Shown here: in pieces, positions 10,387 to 20,492 of the stretch
How the letters are laid out: the number at the start of each line of letters is the position of its first letter
How positions within the stretch are numbered: position 1 is the stretch's first letter
Assembly: GCA_044356325.1 (NCBI GenBank)
Contig: JBIKWJ010000004.1
Coordinates: 402-64,401, forward strand
DNA length: 64,000 nt
DNA from: Minisyncoccia bacterium
GTDB taxonomy: Bacteria; Patescibacteriota; Minisyncoccia; SW-4-49-11
Reading direction: 5' to 3'
Made by a program: the position numbers and the translations under genes
Notes under the pieces: generated by a model
The model's input: only the letters and a program-made list of their open reading frames with translations
What the model was told of the DNA's origin: nothing
Database searches by the model: none

Positions 10387-10479
10387 ATATTTTAAGTGTA
10401 TTTTTTAGATTTTATACTAAATTTAGTATATCATATTCTATGTTTTTGTCTACGATGTATCTCATCTTAGTCATATTTA

Positions 10480-10911
10480 TCAAAATTTACCCGTACTCCC
10501 GAAACCACCTTCGCCACGAGATGAATCAATTAATGTATCAGTAAATTCAATATCACAATATTCCACTTCCTGTACTACTAACTGAGCACATTTTGCTCCT
10601 TTTTCTATTATTTGTATTGTATGAGATAGATTAATCAAAGATATTTTTATTTCTCCTATATAACCAGCATCAAAAACTCCTCCTAGACTTTTGAGCCCCT
10701 TATTAAAAGCAAGGCTCGACTTATCCCAAACCAAAGCTGCATATCCTACAGGTAAATTCATAGCAAGACCAGTCGGAATAATTTTCTGCTCCCCTGGTTG
10801 AAATACTATTTCTTCAAGAGTATACAAATCCATACCAGCATCTGTGGAGTGACCATAGCTTGGTAATTTTGCATCAGGGTTAAGTTGTTTGAATTGTAAT
10901 TTCATATACAC
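10480..10911 (-). CDS. dut: dUTP diphosphatase
   Basis: Motifs GYSTDAGMDLY, DAGYIGEI and SSRGEGGFGSTG. Confidence 0.9.
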   Translation of the reverse strand: MYMKLQFKQLNPDAKLPSYGHSTDAGMDLYTLEEIVFQPGEQKIIPTGLAMNLPVGYAALVWDKSSLAFNKGLKSLGGVFDAGYIGEIKISLINLSHTIQIIEKGAKCAQLVVQEVEYCDIEFTDTLIDSSRGEGGFGSTGKF

Positions 10912-10956
10912 CAGTATAACAAATTATGCTATAATTAACAAAATAAATTTCCTTTT

Positions 10957-11382
10957 ATGCCTCAAATATTCCTCGCCAAAACCGAACCCTCAACTTTTTC
11001 TATTGATGATTTTGAAAAAGAGCATATTACACTTTGGGATGGAGTACATAATTATCAGGCTATTAATGTAATTAAAACTTGGCAGGTCGGAGATTATGTC
11101 TTAATTTATCATTCAGTCAAAGAACGCCGTATCGTAGGAATTGCTAAAGTAATAGAAGATCCCTATCTAAATCTAGCCGATAGCCGCTTTAGTTGGGCTG
11201 CAAAATTAGAATTTGTAACCAGATTCACCCCTGAAGAACAAATTAGCCTCGATACTATCAAACAATCCCATCTTTTTGATGATTTTCTTTTAGTAAAGCA
11301 TAGTCGCCTCTCTGTGATGCCTTGTCCAGATGATTTTGTTATTTGGCTACAAGAGCAAATACCTCGTATTATACTCACCTAA
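10957..11382 (+). CDS. EVE (PUA-like) domain protein
   Basis: 141 aa. The W-D-G-V-H-N-Y ... G-D-Y-V-L-I-Y-H-S pattern is typical of EVE domains. Confidence 0.65.
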   Translation: MPQIFLAKTEPSTFSIDDFEKEHITLWDGVHNYQAINVIKTWQVGDYVLIYHSVKERRIVGIAKVIEDPYLNLADSRFSWAAKLEFVTRFTPEEQISLDTIKQSHLFDDFLLVKHSRLSVMPCPDDFVIWLQEQIPRIILT

Positions 11383-11383
11383 T

Positions 11384-12109
11384 ATGGATAATTTAATTCA
11401 TGAAATAGTTCTCAAAAGTCAAGAATTGGACCCAAAATTACAATCTCAATTCATTGATTTAGAGAATGCCATTATATCTCTTCCTGATAAATCTAAAAGT
11501 GTATCTATCTTAGATACCATTCATCAAATTCAGGCTATTAACCCGAAACTAACTATTATCCCCTACTATTCCCTCAGATTCCATCAAGCAAAAACTCTCG
11601 ATGAGACAGCGCAAGAATTTTTATCCTTATTAGAGCAATTAATACCTTTGCATATACCTAAAATATTACTTATTAGTGGGGTACCAAAATCAAAATATAC
11701 CACTCTTGATGTATTGTCATTTATACAAACCCATTATCAGGATACATATCCTCGTATTGCTATTGCCTATAATCCATTCCTCTCGGGTGAAGAATTAGAG
11801 CAAGAAAACAATCTCCTTATGAATAAAATTAAAACTGGACTTATATCTAGCGTATATTTACAAATCGGTATAGATATACCGACTATACAAAAGGCTGTCG
11901 CATTCATACAATCCTTACAAGCAGATATTACGATATATATTAGCCTTATGAATCCTACGCCCCTTCGCTTAGCTCAATTCAAATATCGCCCTTGGAAAGG
12001 GGTGATGGTATCTCAAGAATATTTAGCCTCTTCTCAAAGAGCACAAGAAATAAATCAAAGTTTATATCAGCTAGCTAAAGAGCTCAATATTGGAGTTATT
12101 CAAGGCTAA
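11384..12109 (+). CDS. Hypothetical protein, possibly a TIM-barrel enzyme. Start trimmed to the first ATG after the EVE gene stop.
   Basis: The six-frame ORF 11330..12109 overlaps the EVE gene. The ATG at 11384 gives MDNLIHEIV with no overlap. Confidence 0.4.
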   Translation: MDNLIHEIVLKSQELDPKLQSQFIDLENAIISLPDKSKSVSILDTIHQIQAINPKLTIIPYYSLRFHQAKTLDETAQEFLSLLEQLIPLHIPKILLISGVPKSKYTTLDVLSFIQTHYQDTYPRIAIAYNPFLSGEELEQENNLLMNKIKTGLISSVYLQIGIDIPTIQKAVAFIQSLQADITIYISLMNPTPLRLAQFKYRPWKGVMVSQEYLASSQRAQEINQSLYQLAKELNIGVIQG

Positions 12110-12113
12110 TACC

Positions 12114-12539
12114 TTATACTTGATCCAAATATTGTCTATAGCCTTCACGCTCCATATCTTCTTTTGGGATAAAGCGTAGAGATGCTGAGTTGAGACAATA
12201 TCTCTTGCCTCCTTTATCTTGAGGACCATCATCGAATACATGTCCAAGATGAGAATTAGCTCCTTTGGATCTCACCTCAATTCTCGTTTGGAATAATTTA
12301 GTATCTTTTTTAGTAATAATTACATCATCTTTAATTGGTTTTGTATAAGATGGCCAGCCAGTACCTGAATTATATTTATCTCGAGAAGAGAATAAAGGCT
12401 CTCCAGAAACAATATCTACATAAATACCATCTCTTTTATTATTATAATATTCATTTTCAAATGGGGCTTCTGTACCATCCTCTTGAGTAACAGTATATTG
12501 TATTGGAGTTAGCTTGTCTTTCAAATCATCTGATGACAT
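12114..12539 (-). CDS. msrB: Peptide-methionine (R)-S-oxide reductase
   Basis: Motifs [17 protein letters not shown] and [11 protein letters not shown]. Confidence 0.9.
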   Translation of the reverse strand: MSSDDLKDKLTPIQYTVTQEDGTEAPFENEYYNNKRDGIYVDIVSGEPLFSSRDKYNSGTGWPSYTKPIKDDVIITKKDTKLFQTRIEVRSKGANSHLGHVFDDGPQDKGGKRYCLNSASLRFIPKEDMEREGYRQYLDQV

Positions 12540-12689
12540 ATATTTTCTTTATCTTTATATACAGTATATAGGAGTACCCCTTATCATACAAGTTATATAT
12601 TCATTTATACTTATCCCCAATTTAATACTTGAAAAAATACATAAAATTATTTATACTGGAGGAGTACACCCTATCCCCCTCCCTCCACA

Positions 12690-12995
12690 ATGTGTGAACA
12701 TACTCGTCTAAGACAAATGGTCAAGAGGGCTTATGGGTATAGATGTCAACTATGTTTTAAGCAATTTCATAGCAAAGAACTGAGTGCCCATCACATTTTA
12801 CAAAAACAGCACGGAGGATTAACTATTTTTGATAATATGAAGCCTCTCTGCTTTGACGAATGTCATGCGAAAGTTCATGAAGGACCTATTACCCATAATG
12901 TCAGAGGAGGACTCCTTCTCATTATCCCAATGACTATTCAAATTCCTAAACTTACACTCATCAGGCAACCATCACTTGTATTAGCCGCCGCCTAG
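12690..12995 (+). CDS. Small HNH-family endonuclease
   Basis: Cys/His pattern C..C...C..C ... HHI ... N ... C...CH..H in a 101-aa ORF. Confidence 0.55.
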   Translation: MCEHTRLRQMVKRAYGYRCQLCFKQFHSKELSAHHILQKQHGGLTIFDNMKPLCFDECHAKVHEGPITHNVRGGLLLIIPMTIQIPKLTLIRQPSLVLAAA

Positions 12996-12998
12996 ACA

Positions 12999-13547
12999 CT
13001 AAAGAGAAGTCAACCCTTCTCTTTTTTCTTTTTCCTCTTTTAATAAATTCCTTTTTATATGTACTCCCCAATGATAATTCCCAATTGCACCCTGTTTTGT
13101 AATAATACGATGACAAGGTATAAGTATAGCAATGGGATTTTTACCAATAGCGGTTCCGACAGCTCTAAAAGCTTTGGGGTTAAATATAGAGTCAGCAATA
13201 TCTGCATAATTACTTGTCTGACCTAGCGGAATAGATAATAATGCTTGCCAAACTTGCAATTGAAATTCTGTACCTTTTATATGAAGTATCAAAGGAGATT
13301 GATTTTGCCCCTTTATTCCATCAATTGCCTGTATATGAATATCTTTTGTCTCATTAATTAATTCCATACCCTTAAGTCTTTTTTGTAATTCGATATAACC
13401 TTCTTCCAGAGTAGTATGAAAACCAATATAACAAATACCTATAGGAGTAGATGCTATAATAATATTGCCATATGATATAGTATATATCTGATAATATATG
13501 GTATTTACACCTATATTTTGTAAAGAAGTAATTGTATATGTATTCAT
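12999..13547 (-). CDS. ogt: Methylated-DNA-protein-cysteine methyltransferase
   Basis: Active-site motif IPCHRI and helix-turn-helix RAVGTAIGKNP. Confidence 0.85.
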   Translation of the reverse strand: MNTYTITSLQNIGVNTIYYQIYTISYGNIIIASTPIGICYIGFHTTLEEGYIELQKRLKGMELINETKDIHIQAIDGIKGQNQSPLILHIKGTEFQLQVWQALLSIPLGQTSNYADIADSIFNPKAFRAVGTAIGKNPIAILIPCHRIITKQGAIGNYHWGVHIKRNLLKEEKEKREGLTSL

Positions 13548-13561
13548 ATATAGCTACTCTT

Positions 13562-14179
13562 TTATGACAATATGTTGATTTCTTTTAAAATAATATCTAC
13601 TCCGTCTTCAACGGTAAGAGTATCGGTATCAATTTCAATCGCATCATCAGCTTTTTTGAGAGGAGAATGCTCTCTCTCAATATCTTGACGGTCACGCTCC
13701 GCAATTGAGTATTTAATATGCTCCAAATCTGCCTCTATGCCGGCTTTTTGTAATTGTCTATAGCTTCGCTGAGCGCGTATATCGAGAGAGGCTGTAAAAT
13801 AAAATTTAAAGTCGGCTTCAGGGAATACCACTGTACCACTATCTCGTCCCTCCACTACAATATTTTTTCCCTTGGCAAATTCACGCTGAATATCTAAAAC
13901 TTTTTCTCTAATTTCTGGAATTTTTGCAATTCTTGCTACATTGTCTGAGACCTCTTGATTTTTGAGAACTGTATAATCAATACTATTATAATCCAAATCT
14001 TCAGCTAATTTTATCAAAATATCTGAGTCTCTAAGATTTAGATGTTTCTTGAGAGCATTATACGTAATCCATCGATACAAAGATCCAGAATTGAGATGAA
14101 AATATCCTAATCGTTTTGCCAGTGACTCAGCGGTACTTGTTTTTCCTGTTCCTCCTGTCCCATCGATTGTGATAATCAT
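13562..14179 (-). CDS. cmk: Cytidylate kinase
   Basis: P-loop ITIDGTGGTGKTST and YFHLNSGSLYR. Confidence 0.9.
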   Translation of the reverse strand: MIITIDGTGGTGKTSTAESLAKRLGYFHLNSGSLYRWITYNALKKHLNLRDSDILIKLAEDLDYNSIDYTVLKNQEVSDNVARIAKIPEIREKVLDIQREFAKGKNIVVEGRDSGTVVFPEADFKFYFTASLDIRAQRSYRQLQKAGIEADLEHIKYSIAERDRQDIEREHSPLKKADDAIEIDTDTLTVEDGVDIILKEINILS

Positions 14180-14326
14180 ACTATCTCTATATTAATTTCT
14201 ACACATCTTATATAGAGTATCATAGGATAGATGAATTGTCTAAAGTTTGTATGAGATGAGGAGATCGTAGATAAAACAGATTACTATATATTACTAGCCT
14301 ACAAAACATAGCTTGATACAAAAATT

Positions 14327-14434
14327 GTCCTCCTTTGCCTGTCTGCGGTAGGCAGGGCGGAGGTGGATAGAGTTTAAGTCTTTATCTTATCCACCCCCAC
14401 CTTTCAGGCTCCCCCCTCCTAAGGGGGACACCCC
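14327..14434. repeat. GC-rich palindromic repeat element copy
   Basis: gtcctcctttgcc...ggcggaggtggatagag...atccacccccacc...cctcctaagggggacacccc. It is preceded by the terminal motif gatgaggagatcgtagata at 14256. Confidence 0.7.
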
Positions 14435-14446
14435 ATGTTACATTCT

Positions 14447-15178
14447 CTACAAAGGCACTTCTATTACTATAAACTCAGCATTTTGAATTACCTTAATATG
14501 AATTTCCTCCTCAATATCCCATATACCAATTGCATCTCTTGTATCTAATTCTTGATTATTCACTCTAATTGCACCCGATATCACAAAAATATATATTCCA
14601 TTTCCCGTTTTTTTGAGACTATAGTCTAATTGCTTATTTTGCTCTACATAGGCTCTTTGAAACCAAGCATCCTGATATACTCCAATACCTTCTTCATGCG
14701 TTTCTATTGGGGATATAATCTGATGGAAAATATTAGGTGATTTGTATATATCAAAGTATCTCTGCTCATAGCGTGGTACTATATTCATTTTATTTGGGAT
14801 AACCCAAATTTGAAGAAGAGTTACTGGCTTATCACTATAAGCATTGAATTCACTATGGAATACCCCGCTACCCGCACTCATCACCTGTATATCCCCAGGC
14901 TTTGATACTGCAATATTACCCATATTATCTTTATGCTCTAATCCCCCTGACAAAGGTATCGTAATAATCTCCATATTATTATGAGGATGAGCTCCAAATC
15001 CCCTCCCTCCCGCTATACTGTCATCATTGAGTACTCGCAAAGCTCCAAATCCCATACGATTTTCGTCGTAATATTCTGCAAAGCTAAAACTATAATTGGT
15101 TTTAAGCCAATCATAATCAGCCTTGCCACGAGAATCGGATGTATATATTAGTGATTGCATATATATTAAGTATATCAT
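14447..15178 (-). CDS. Pirin-family cupin protein
   Basis: GFGAHPHNNMEIITIPLSGG ... VMSAGSGVFHSE, the pirin N-terminal cupin signature. Confidence 0.85.
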   Translation of the reverse strand: MIYLIYMQSLIYTSDSRGKADYDWLKTNYSFSFAEYYDENRMGFGALRVLNDDSIAGGRGFGAHPHNNMEIITIPLSGGLEHKDNMGNIAVSKPGDIQVMSAGSGVFHSEFNAYSDKPVTLLQIWVIPNKMNIVPRYEQRYFDIYKSPNIFHQIISPIETHEEGIGVYQDAWFQRAYVEQNKQLDYSLKKTGNGIYIFVISGAIRVNNQELDTRDAIGIWDIEEEIHIKVIQNAEFIVIEVPL

Positions 15179-15225
15179 AAGAGAAAAAGAGAGATATCAT
15201 GGATACCCCCCTCAATAGGCTTTAG

Positions 15226-15498
15226 CTAACTCAGCCAAGATAAAATGTAGCTAGTCGTCATCAGAAGCAATGCCCTCTCATAAGACAAACTCCCCGGTAC
15301 TATACCTATACTGTTAAACCATAAAAATAAGCGCCTAAAACTTGATATATCTTCCTGCACGGGTCCTACTTGATACCCTGTGCCTGCAAGATAATTCATC
15401 AAAGAGATGAATATCACCTCCAGCTCATCACTCCAATCATCTTGCCTCCTGGCGAAATTTCTTGCTTTCTCAACAACTGCTTGTGCTGGCACTATCAT
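15226..15498 (-). CDS. Hypothetical protein with atypical (GC-richer) composition
   Basis: 90-aa ORF with no recognisable motifs. Confidence 0.3.
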   Translation of the reverse strand: MIVPAQAVVEKARNFARRQDDWSDELEVIFISLMNYLAGTGYQVGPVQEDISSFRRLFLWFNSIGIVPGSLSYERALLLMTTSYILSWLS

Positions 15499-15580
15499 GA
15501 TAGAATTGGGAAGAACACCCTATAAAAATACTCTATCATAGCTGCTTTGTCAATATGCATCAGCAAAGAAAAAGAGAGGC

Positions 15581-15976
15581 CTATGCAGCCCCTCTGTCGA
15601 TAATTTTTTGAGATAAAGGAATTGGTTGTGGATTGGCCAATAACTTTTCAGCCTCTGTGACATCTTGGCAATAATCACCCTCACATCTACATTGCTTATA
15701 CACATCTGTATGCTCTCGAGTAATTGTGCCATAACAATCTGTTTCCAATAAAGTGACAGCTTCATCAAAAGAAAGACATCCAGGCTGGGCAATAGCAAGA
15801 ATCTTATTGAGACCTACATAAGTGCGCATTGTATCAATGACTTTATATCGTCGTGTTGGTTTTTCAACTGCAAATACAACTAAGCTAGCAAATGCTTGAT
15901 GATGTGCTTCTGGACTATCAGGATAATTAGATTTCCCCCAAGCCAAAGCTTTTTCATGGGGTCCTGTTTCAGTCAT
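15581..15976 (-). CDS. Hypothetical protein with atypical composition
   Basis: 131-aa ORF. An alternative overlapping frame (15550..15798) was rejected. Confidence 0.4.
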   Translation of the reverse strand: MTETGPHEKALAWGKSNYPDSPEAHHQAFASLVVFAVEKPTRRYKVIDTMRTYVGLNKILAIAQPGCLSFDEAVTLLETDCYGTITREHTDVYKQCRCEGDYCQDVTEAEKLLANPQPIPLSQKIIDRGAA

Positions 15977-16088
15977 TGATTTGAATGCAACAACTTTTTA
16001 AGAATATCCTAATACCAAATTGATGTCAATTCTATATTGATCAATCGCTCAATATTATATATACTAATACTATATTTATATCTCATTT

Positions 16089-16376
16089 ATGAACGCAAAA
16101 ACAATAGCCCCAGGAGTAGTACATGATATCCCTGATGATTTGAGAGAATTATTATTGAGTAATAATACCTTGCTTGAAAAATGGAATAATCTCACTGACC
16201 TTGCCCGCAATGAATGGATTTGTTATGTTACCATAGTCAAAAAACCCGAGACCAGAGCCAATCATATCACTCGTCTATCTGAAGAATTACTTATGGGAGA
16301 AAAAAGACCCTGCTGCTGGCCAGGTTGCCCACATCGCAGAGAAAGTGCTAAAAAGTGGTTTAAGAATTTGGAGTAA
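16089..16376 (+). CDS. Small hypothetical protein, possibly YdeI/OmpD-associated-like
   Basis: 95-aa ORF with C-terminal RPCCWPGCPHRRESAKKWF. Confidence 0.35.
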   Translation: MNAKTIAPGVVHDIPDDLRELLLSNNTLLEKWNNLTDLARNEWICYVTIVKKPETRANHITRLSEELLMGEKRPCCWPGCPHRRESAKKWFKNLE

Positions 16377-16378
16377 GA

Positions 16379-16747
16379 TTACTCCCTACTCCTCAATACA
16401 AAGCTAACAGTGACCGTATCCCCCACCTCAATAGATTCAGATTTTCTCAATTTAGCGGGTAATGGGATAAATTGTATTCCATCTCCCATAGGCATCAGAG
16501 ATGTATTCCAAGAGTATTTGCCCACTGTTGCAGTAATCGCTACCAGCCCTCTATCCGCAAAATATTTTGTCTCATCTGTAATCTCATGAGGCACTCGTAC
16601 ATATACCCAGGGATTTGCTAAATCAAAAATCTCAACTAACCCGGTAACAATAGTATTCTTTCCTGATTTTGTATAAGAAAGTTTGGACATATATCTATCT
16701 ATTAATTGTCTATATATTAGTATATTCAAAAGATATACTTTATGCAA
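16379..16747 (-). CDS. Hypothetical protein
   Basis: 122-aa ORF. Confidence 0.4.
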   Translation of the reverse strand: MHKVYLLNILIYRQLIDRYMSKLSYTKSGKNTIVTGLVEIFDLANPWVYVRVPHEITDETKYFADRGLVAITATVGKYSWNTSLMPMGDGIQFIPLPAKLRKSESIEVGDTVTVSFVLRSRE

Positions 16748-16761
16748 ATGCAGTATTTGTT

Positions 16762-16856
16762 GTCCCTACCTATCGGCAGGCAGGCCCCTTTGGAGGGGGA
16801 AGCCTGGAAAGCGGGGGTGGATAAATTATAAACTTGAACCCTATCCTCCTCCACCG
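16762..16856. repeat. GC-rich repeat element copy, opposite orientation to 14327-14434
   Basis: gcgggggtggataaa...ctatcctcctccaccg is the reverse complement of the ggaggtggatag / atccacccc modules. Confidence 0.65.
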
Positions 16857-16882
16857 TCGCAAAGCGAGATATTTCATAATTC

Positions 16883-17278
16883 TTATCTATTCAAATAGGT
16901 TATACTCAATTGCAATATAGTCGCAAAGGAAACCCAGAGTAAATAAGGTATACTTGCATAAGTCACCCAGCGTAAATACGGCCAAATAGCAATCATCGCC
17001 CAGATGAGAGTAATCAATAATAGGATAATATCCAGAGAAGCTAATACATTATTCCTGAGCCCAAATTGCAATGGTGCAAAGGCAGCATTGAATACTAAAT
17101 TGAGTATAAAAGGTAAAGCTACTATCCATGGAATTTTCCCTATAGCCGCTTGATAGAATACCGTACCGAAACTGGCAAATATGATCAAATATAATATTGA
17201 CCATACCGATCCAAATAAATAGGATGGAGGAGCCCAGAAGGGTTTGATCAAATTCTCATACCAATTATAGGTGTTCAT
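16883..17278 (-). CDS. TspO/MBR-family tryptophan-rich membrane protein, short
   Basis: N-terminus WYENLIKPFWAPPSYLFGSVWSILY matches the TspO consensus (L.KP.W.PP..F..VW..LY). It has 4-5 TM helices. Confidence 0.6.
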   Translation of the reverse strand: MNTYNWYENLIKPFWAPPSYLFGSVWSILYLIIFASFGTVFYQAAIGKIPWIVALPFILNLVFNAAFAPLQFGLRNNVLASLDIILLLITLIWAMIAIWPYLRWVTYASIPYLLWVSFATILQLSITYLNR

Positions 17279-17424
17279 ATTTTTTATATTATATAGCTTA
17301 TTATAGCATAGAAAACTACTAAAGAGATATTGACATTATACTACTATATAGTACTATATAGTAGTATATTCTTACACTAAACCTAGTTAGGAATTGCACA
17401 TTCCCAACCCTACACGGAGGAACC

Positions 17425-18411
17425 ATGTCTATTCCAACCCCAATTTCTATCGCAAAAAATATATTCAGGTATGTTAAGGATAACCCAAATTTAGCTCTCA
17501 ATAACCAAGAAGAAGATATTCCTGATATCTGGACCTTTGATACAAAACACACGCCTATATCGACCTTAATGGACACTGGAGGTTATGGAATATTCACAGA
17601 AGTCTTTGACCGAACCAATATTATTCCCACAAGGTGGGTCAATTTTTCTCGACAATTCTACACTCCAGAAGCAAAACTATTAATAGCATTAGAACATGCC
17701 TGTGAAAACTCATCATGGCTAACATGGACCCCTGAGTTAATGCGTGATGACTTTGTGCTAAATGGCCACTGGTTTACCAAAAAACAACAACATGCAACCT
17801 ATGCTCATATTATCAAGCTCTTACGTCAAGGTCAATGTAATAATATTCAAATAGTACCTCCAACCAAGAGTTATAGAGATGCTCCTAATGCGTTTGGTGT
17901 GCAATTAAATGATGATGTGGTAGTTGATTTCCCTAGCGACTATGGGACACTGGTTCTGATGCGAAAAGAGCTGTATTACAGGATTACGTATACTGACAGA
18001 GATATTCCCCGGAACATACATGAATATCCATCTGATATCAAACCAAGATGTCAGATGATTGGTCGTACAAAGCAATTTGAAGGTAGAGAATTCAGAGGTA
18101 GAGAAGGGTCTTTGCTTAAAACATTATACCAATTACTGCCAGCCTTAAAAGCGCAAGATATAATCTATGTCCTATCAGAAGTGAATAGGGGTAAGACAAG
18201 ACCAAGATTTATTGGGCACATGAATGTCACAGCTCTGAATAAATCCCACGGGACATTAACAGGAGCGGTCCACTTAGATCAGATGTATATGACCTCCCGC
18301 AACTGCAGAGGCCTATCCGAGGAGGAGACTGATTCGTTGAGGAGAAGTAGTGGATCTTGGGAATCTTATTACTCACAAACTAAGGATGTTTGGGAAATAA
18401 TACAAACCTAG
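17425..18411 (+). CDS. Hypothetical protein with atypical composition
   Basis: 328-aa ORF followed by a rho-independent terminator. Confidence 0.5.
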   Translation: MSIPTPISIAKNIFRYVKDNPNLALNNQEEDIPDIWTFDTKHTPISTLMDTGGYGIFTEVFDRTNIIPTRWVNFSRQFYTPEAKLLIALEHACENSSWLTWTPELMRDDFVLNGHWFTKKQQHATYAHIIKLLRQGQCNNIQIVPPTKSYRDAPNAFGVQLNDDVVVDFPSDYGTLVLMRKELYYRITYTDRDIPRNIHEYPSDIKPRCQMIGRTKQFEGREFRGREGSLLKTLYQLLPALKAQDIIYVLSEVNRGKTRPRFIGHMNVTALNKSHGTLTGAVHLDQMYMTSRNCRGLSEEETDSLRRSSGSWESYYSQTKDVWEIIQT

Positions 18412-18433
18412 TCTCATCAGTTTTAATACCTCC

Positions 18434-18470
18434 GGCACCCAGAGACAAAATCAATGGGTGCTTTTTTATT
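18434..18470 (+). terminator. Rho-independent terminator
   Basis: gcaccc-(15-nt loop)-gggtgc followed by TTTTTTATTTT. Confidence 0.55.
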
Positions 18471-18574
18471 TTAAAGATAGTTTTTGAGTATATTCAAAAC
18501 TACTCCCTACTATGATTTGACGATCAATCTTTTACTATTTGATTATACATTATCTTTAAGTTCATAAAATCTAT

Positions 18575-18964
18575 TTACCCTACCCTCGTACACAATTCCA
18601 CCAAGAATCCATTGATATCGCGGACATAGCCAACTATTTGACCCCAAGGTTTTTGAGCTGGTTCTTTGACTACCATTGCTCCTGCTTCAATAGCTTGTTT
18701 GAAGGTGCTATCAATATCATCAGTTACAAAGGTAATTTCAAAAGCTGGTGGTATTATGGATAAATCAGATTTATTGATCGCAATCCCATTATATTCAGCT
18801 ACGCTATAATCTGCGAATGCTAATGTAGTTCCTCCCGTTTCTAGCTCAGCATAATCTTTTTCAGGAGTTATGAGTTTTTGGCTAAATCCAAATGCTTTGA
18901 TATAAAAATCTATTGTCTCCTCAACATTGTCAACATATAAAATGGTATAGCTATAAGTTATCAT
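18575..18964 (-). CDS. VOC / glyoxalase-bleomycin-resistance family protein
   Basis: 129 aa with the beta-alpha-beta-beta-beta module pattern ILYVDNVEETIDFYIKAFGF. Confidence 0.7.
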   Translation of the reverse strand: MITYSYTILYVDNVEETIDFYIKAFGFSQKLITPEKDYAELETGGTTLAFADYSVAEYNGIAINKSDLSIIPPAFEITFVTDDIDSTFKQAIEAGAMVVKEPAQKPWGQIVGYVRDINGFLVELCTRVG

Positions 18965-19012
18965 AGAACATTCTCTTTAGTGTATATTTCTATTATAGCA
19001 TAAACAGAGAAT

Positions 19013-19498
19013 TTATACTTTTTGCAAGAATAATTCAATATCTTCCTTGATATCCATAGGACTTGTCGTAGGAGCATATCGTTTAATCGTAAGTCCATCT
19101 GATGAGACCAAAAATTTGGTAAAATTCCACTTTATGGCATCACCCAAAAGACCAGCATGAGCATGCTCTTTGAGATAACTGAATACTGGATGAGTATTCT
19201 CTCCATTTACATCAATTTTCTCTGAAAGTAAAAAGGATACCCCATAATTGATCTGACATACATTTACTACGGTTTCATTGCTCTCAGGTTCTTGCCCAGC
19301 AAATTGATTACAAGGAAAACCAATCACTATCAAACCTTTATCTTTATACTCTTGATGTAGTTTCTCTAAATCAACAAATTGAGGAGCTAAACCACATTTA
19401 GTAGCGGTATTGACGAGTAATAAGACTTTACCCTGAAATTGTTGCATAGAAACGGTATTCCCCGCAGTATCGTTAAAGGAGAGATCATAGAATGACAT
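19013..19498 (-). CDS. gpx: Glutathione peroxidase
   Basis: Motifs LLVNTATKCGLAPQ, IGFPCNQFAGQEP and KWNFTKFLV. Confidence 0.9.
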   Translation of the reverse strand: MSFYDLSFNDTAGNTVSMQQFQGKVLLLVNTATKCGLAPQFVDLEKLHQEYKDKGLIVIGFPCNQFAGQEPESNETVVNVCQINYGVSFLLSEKIDVNGENTHPVFSYLKEHAHAGLLGDAIKWNFTKFLVSSDGLTIKRYAPTTSPMDIKEDIELFLQKV

Positions 19499-19625
19499 AG
19501 TATTGAGTTTAGATATTATGATTGTTTATCACTCCTTCTAGTATACTCTTATTTTAATTGGAATGGAAATTATTTTATGTCGCATTTTCAGGCTTGCCGC
19601 CGCTTATTACAAATGAGAAATCAAT

Positions 19626-20309
19626 CTATTCCGCTTCACCTTTAGAATCTTTGAAAGAGAGTCTATCTGCCAATTCCGAAGTTTCAGCATAAAGCTTCAT
19701 TTTCAAATTGAATGGATGTCCATGCATGGCAATCAAATTCATATTGTCAGCAACACTCACACTTTCTCGGGTTGGCTTTGGTAAACTAAAGTCAGGCTCC
19801 TTAGGCTCCTCCACAACTATTCCTAGCTTATACAACTCATTTAGCCAGAAATATCTAACATTTGTCAATAATGTATAAATATTTATTTCAGTACCATCGT
19901 TAAGAGTGGCGTAGAGCCCCTTTGTTGCAACATAATATACACCTTCTTCATCTTCATAAGCCGTAAGTACCAAATATTCTTCTATCTGACTAGCGCTGCT
20001 AATCAATGCATTTTTCCTATCCAACTTACTATGCTTAGAACAATCTGCAATATCGCGAACAAAGCTAAACTGAGAAAAAATTACAAGAATATACTTCTCA
20101 AGATACTCTTTAGGGGTTCTAAACTCCTCATTGATCTCTTTTACATTATGGTAGAGATGCTCATAAGTATGATAAAAAGCCACAGCACAGTTAATCGCTA
20201 ATCTGATATTAATACTCAACCCAAACTCCTTTTTATCAAAGACCTCCTTGAATGATCTATACTCCATTAGAGGACCCTCAACAAAGTATGTTTTTATATC
20301 ACTGTACAT
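19626..20309 (-). CDS. Hypothetical protein
   Basis: 227-aa ORF next to the tRNA-Ser locus. Confidence 0.45.
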   Translation of the reverse strand: MYSDIKTYFVEGPLMEYRSFKEVFDKKEFGLSINIRLAINCAVAFYHTYEHLYHNVKEINEEFRTPKEYLEKYILVIFSQFSFVRDIADCSKHSKLDRKNALISSASQIEEYLVLTAYEDEEGVYYVATKGLYATLNDGTEINIYTLLTNVRYFWLNELYKLGIVVEEPKEPDFSLPKPTRESVSVADNMNLIAMHGHPFNLKMKLYAETSELADRLSFKDSKGEAE

Positions 20310-20492
20310 AATTCATCCCGTTTACAGAGTATAATCTAAATTTTTCAAGCTTGAGACATAGGTATCAGCCAACTTTCAAATTATCAAAAATCCGACTAAA
20401 TATCAACAATCTATACATGTATTATATACTTTTCACTCTGTTCACGCTAGTGTGTATACCAATTAATTACGAAGTTTCAAAGACTATATAAG

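Noticed and set aside
11330-11383. Extension of the 259-aa ORF overlapping the EVE gene
   Set aside because: The overlap is in another frame of an apparently real gene, and the first ATG after the EVE stop gives a clean start.
15550-15798. 82-aa ORF overlapping 15581..15976 in another frame
   Set aside because: It is the shorter of two overlapping frames and has no features.
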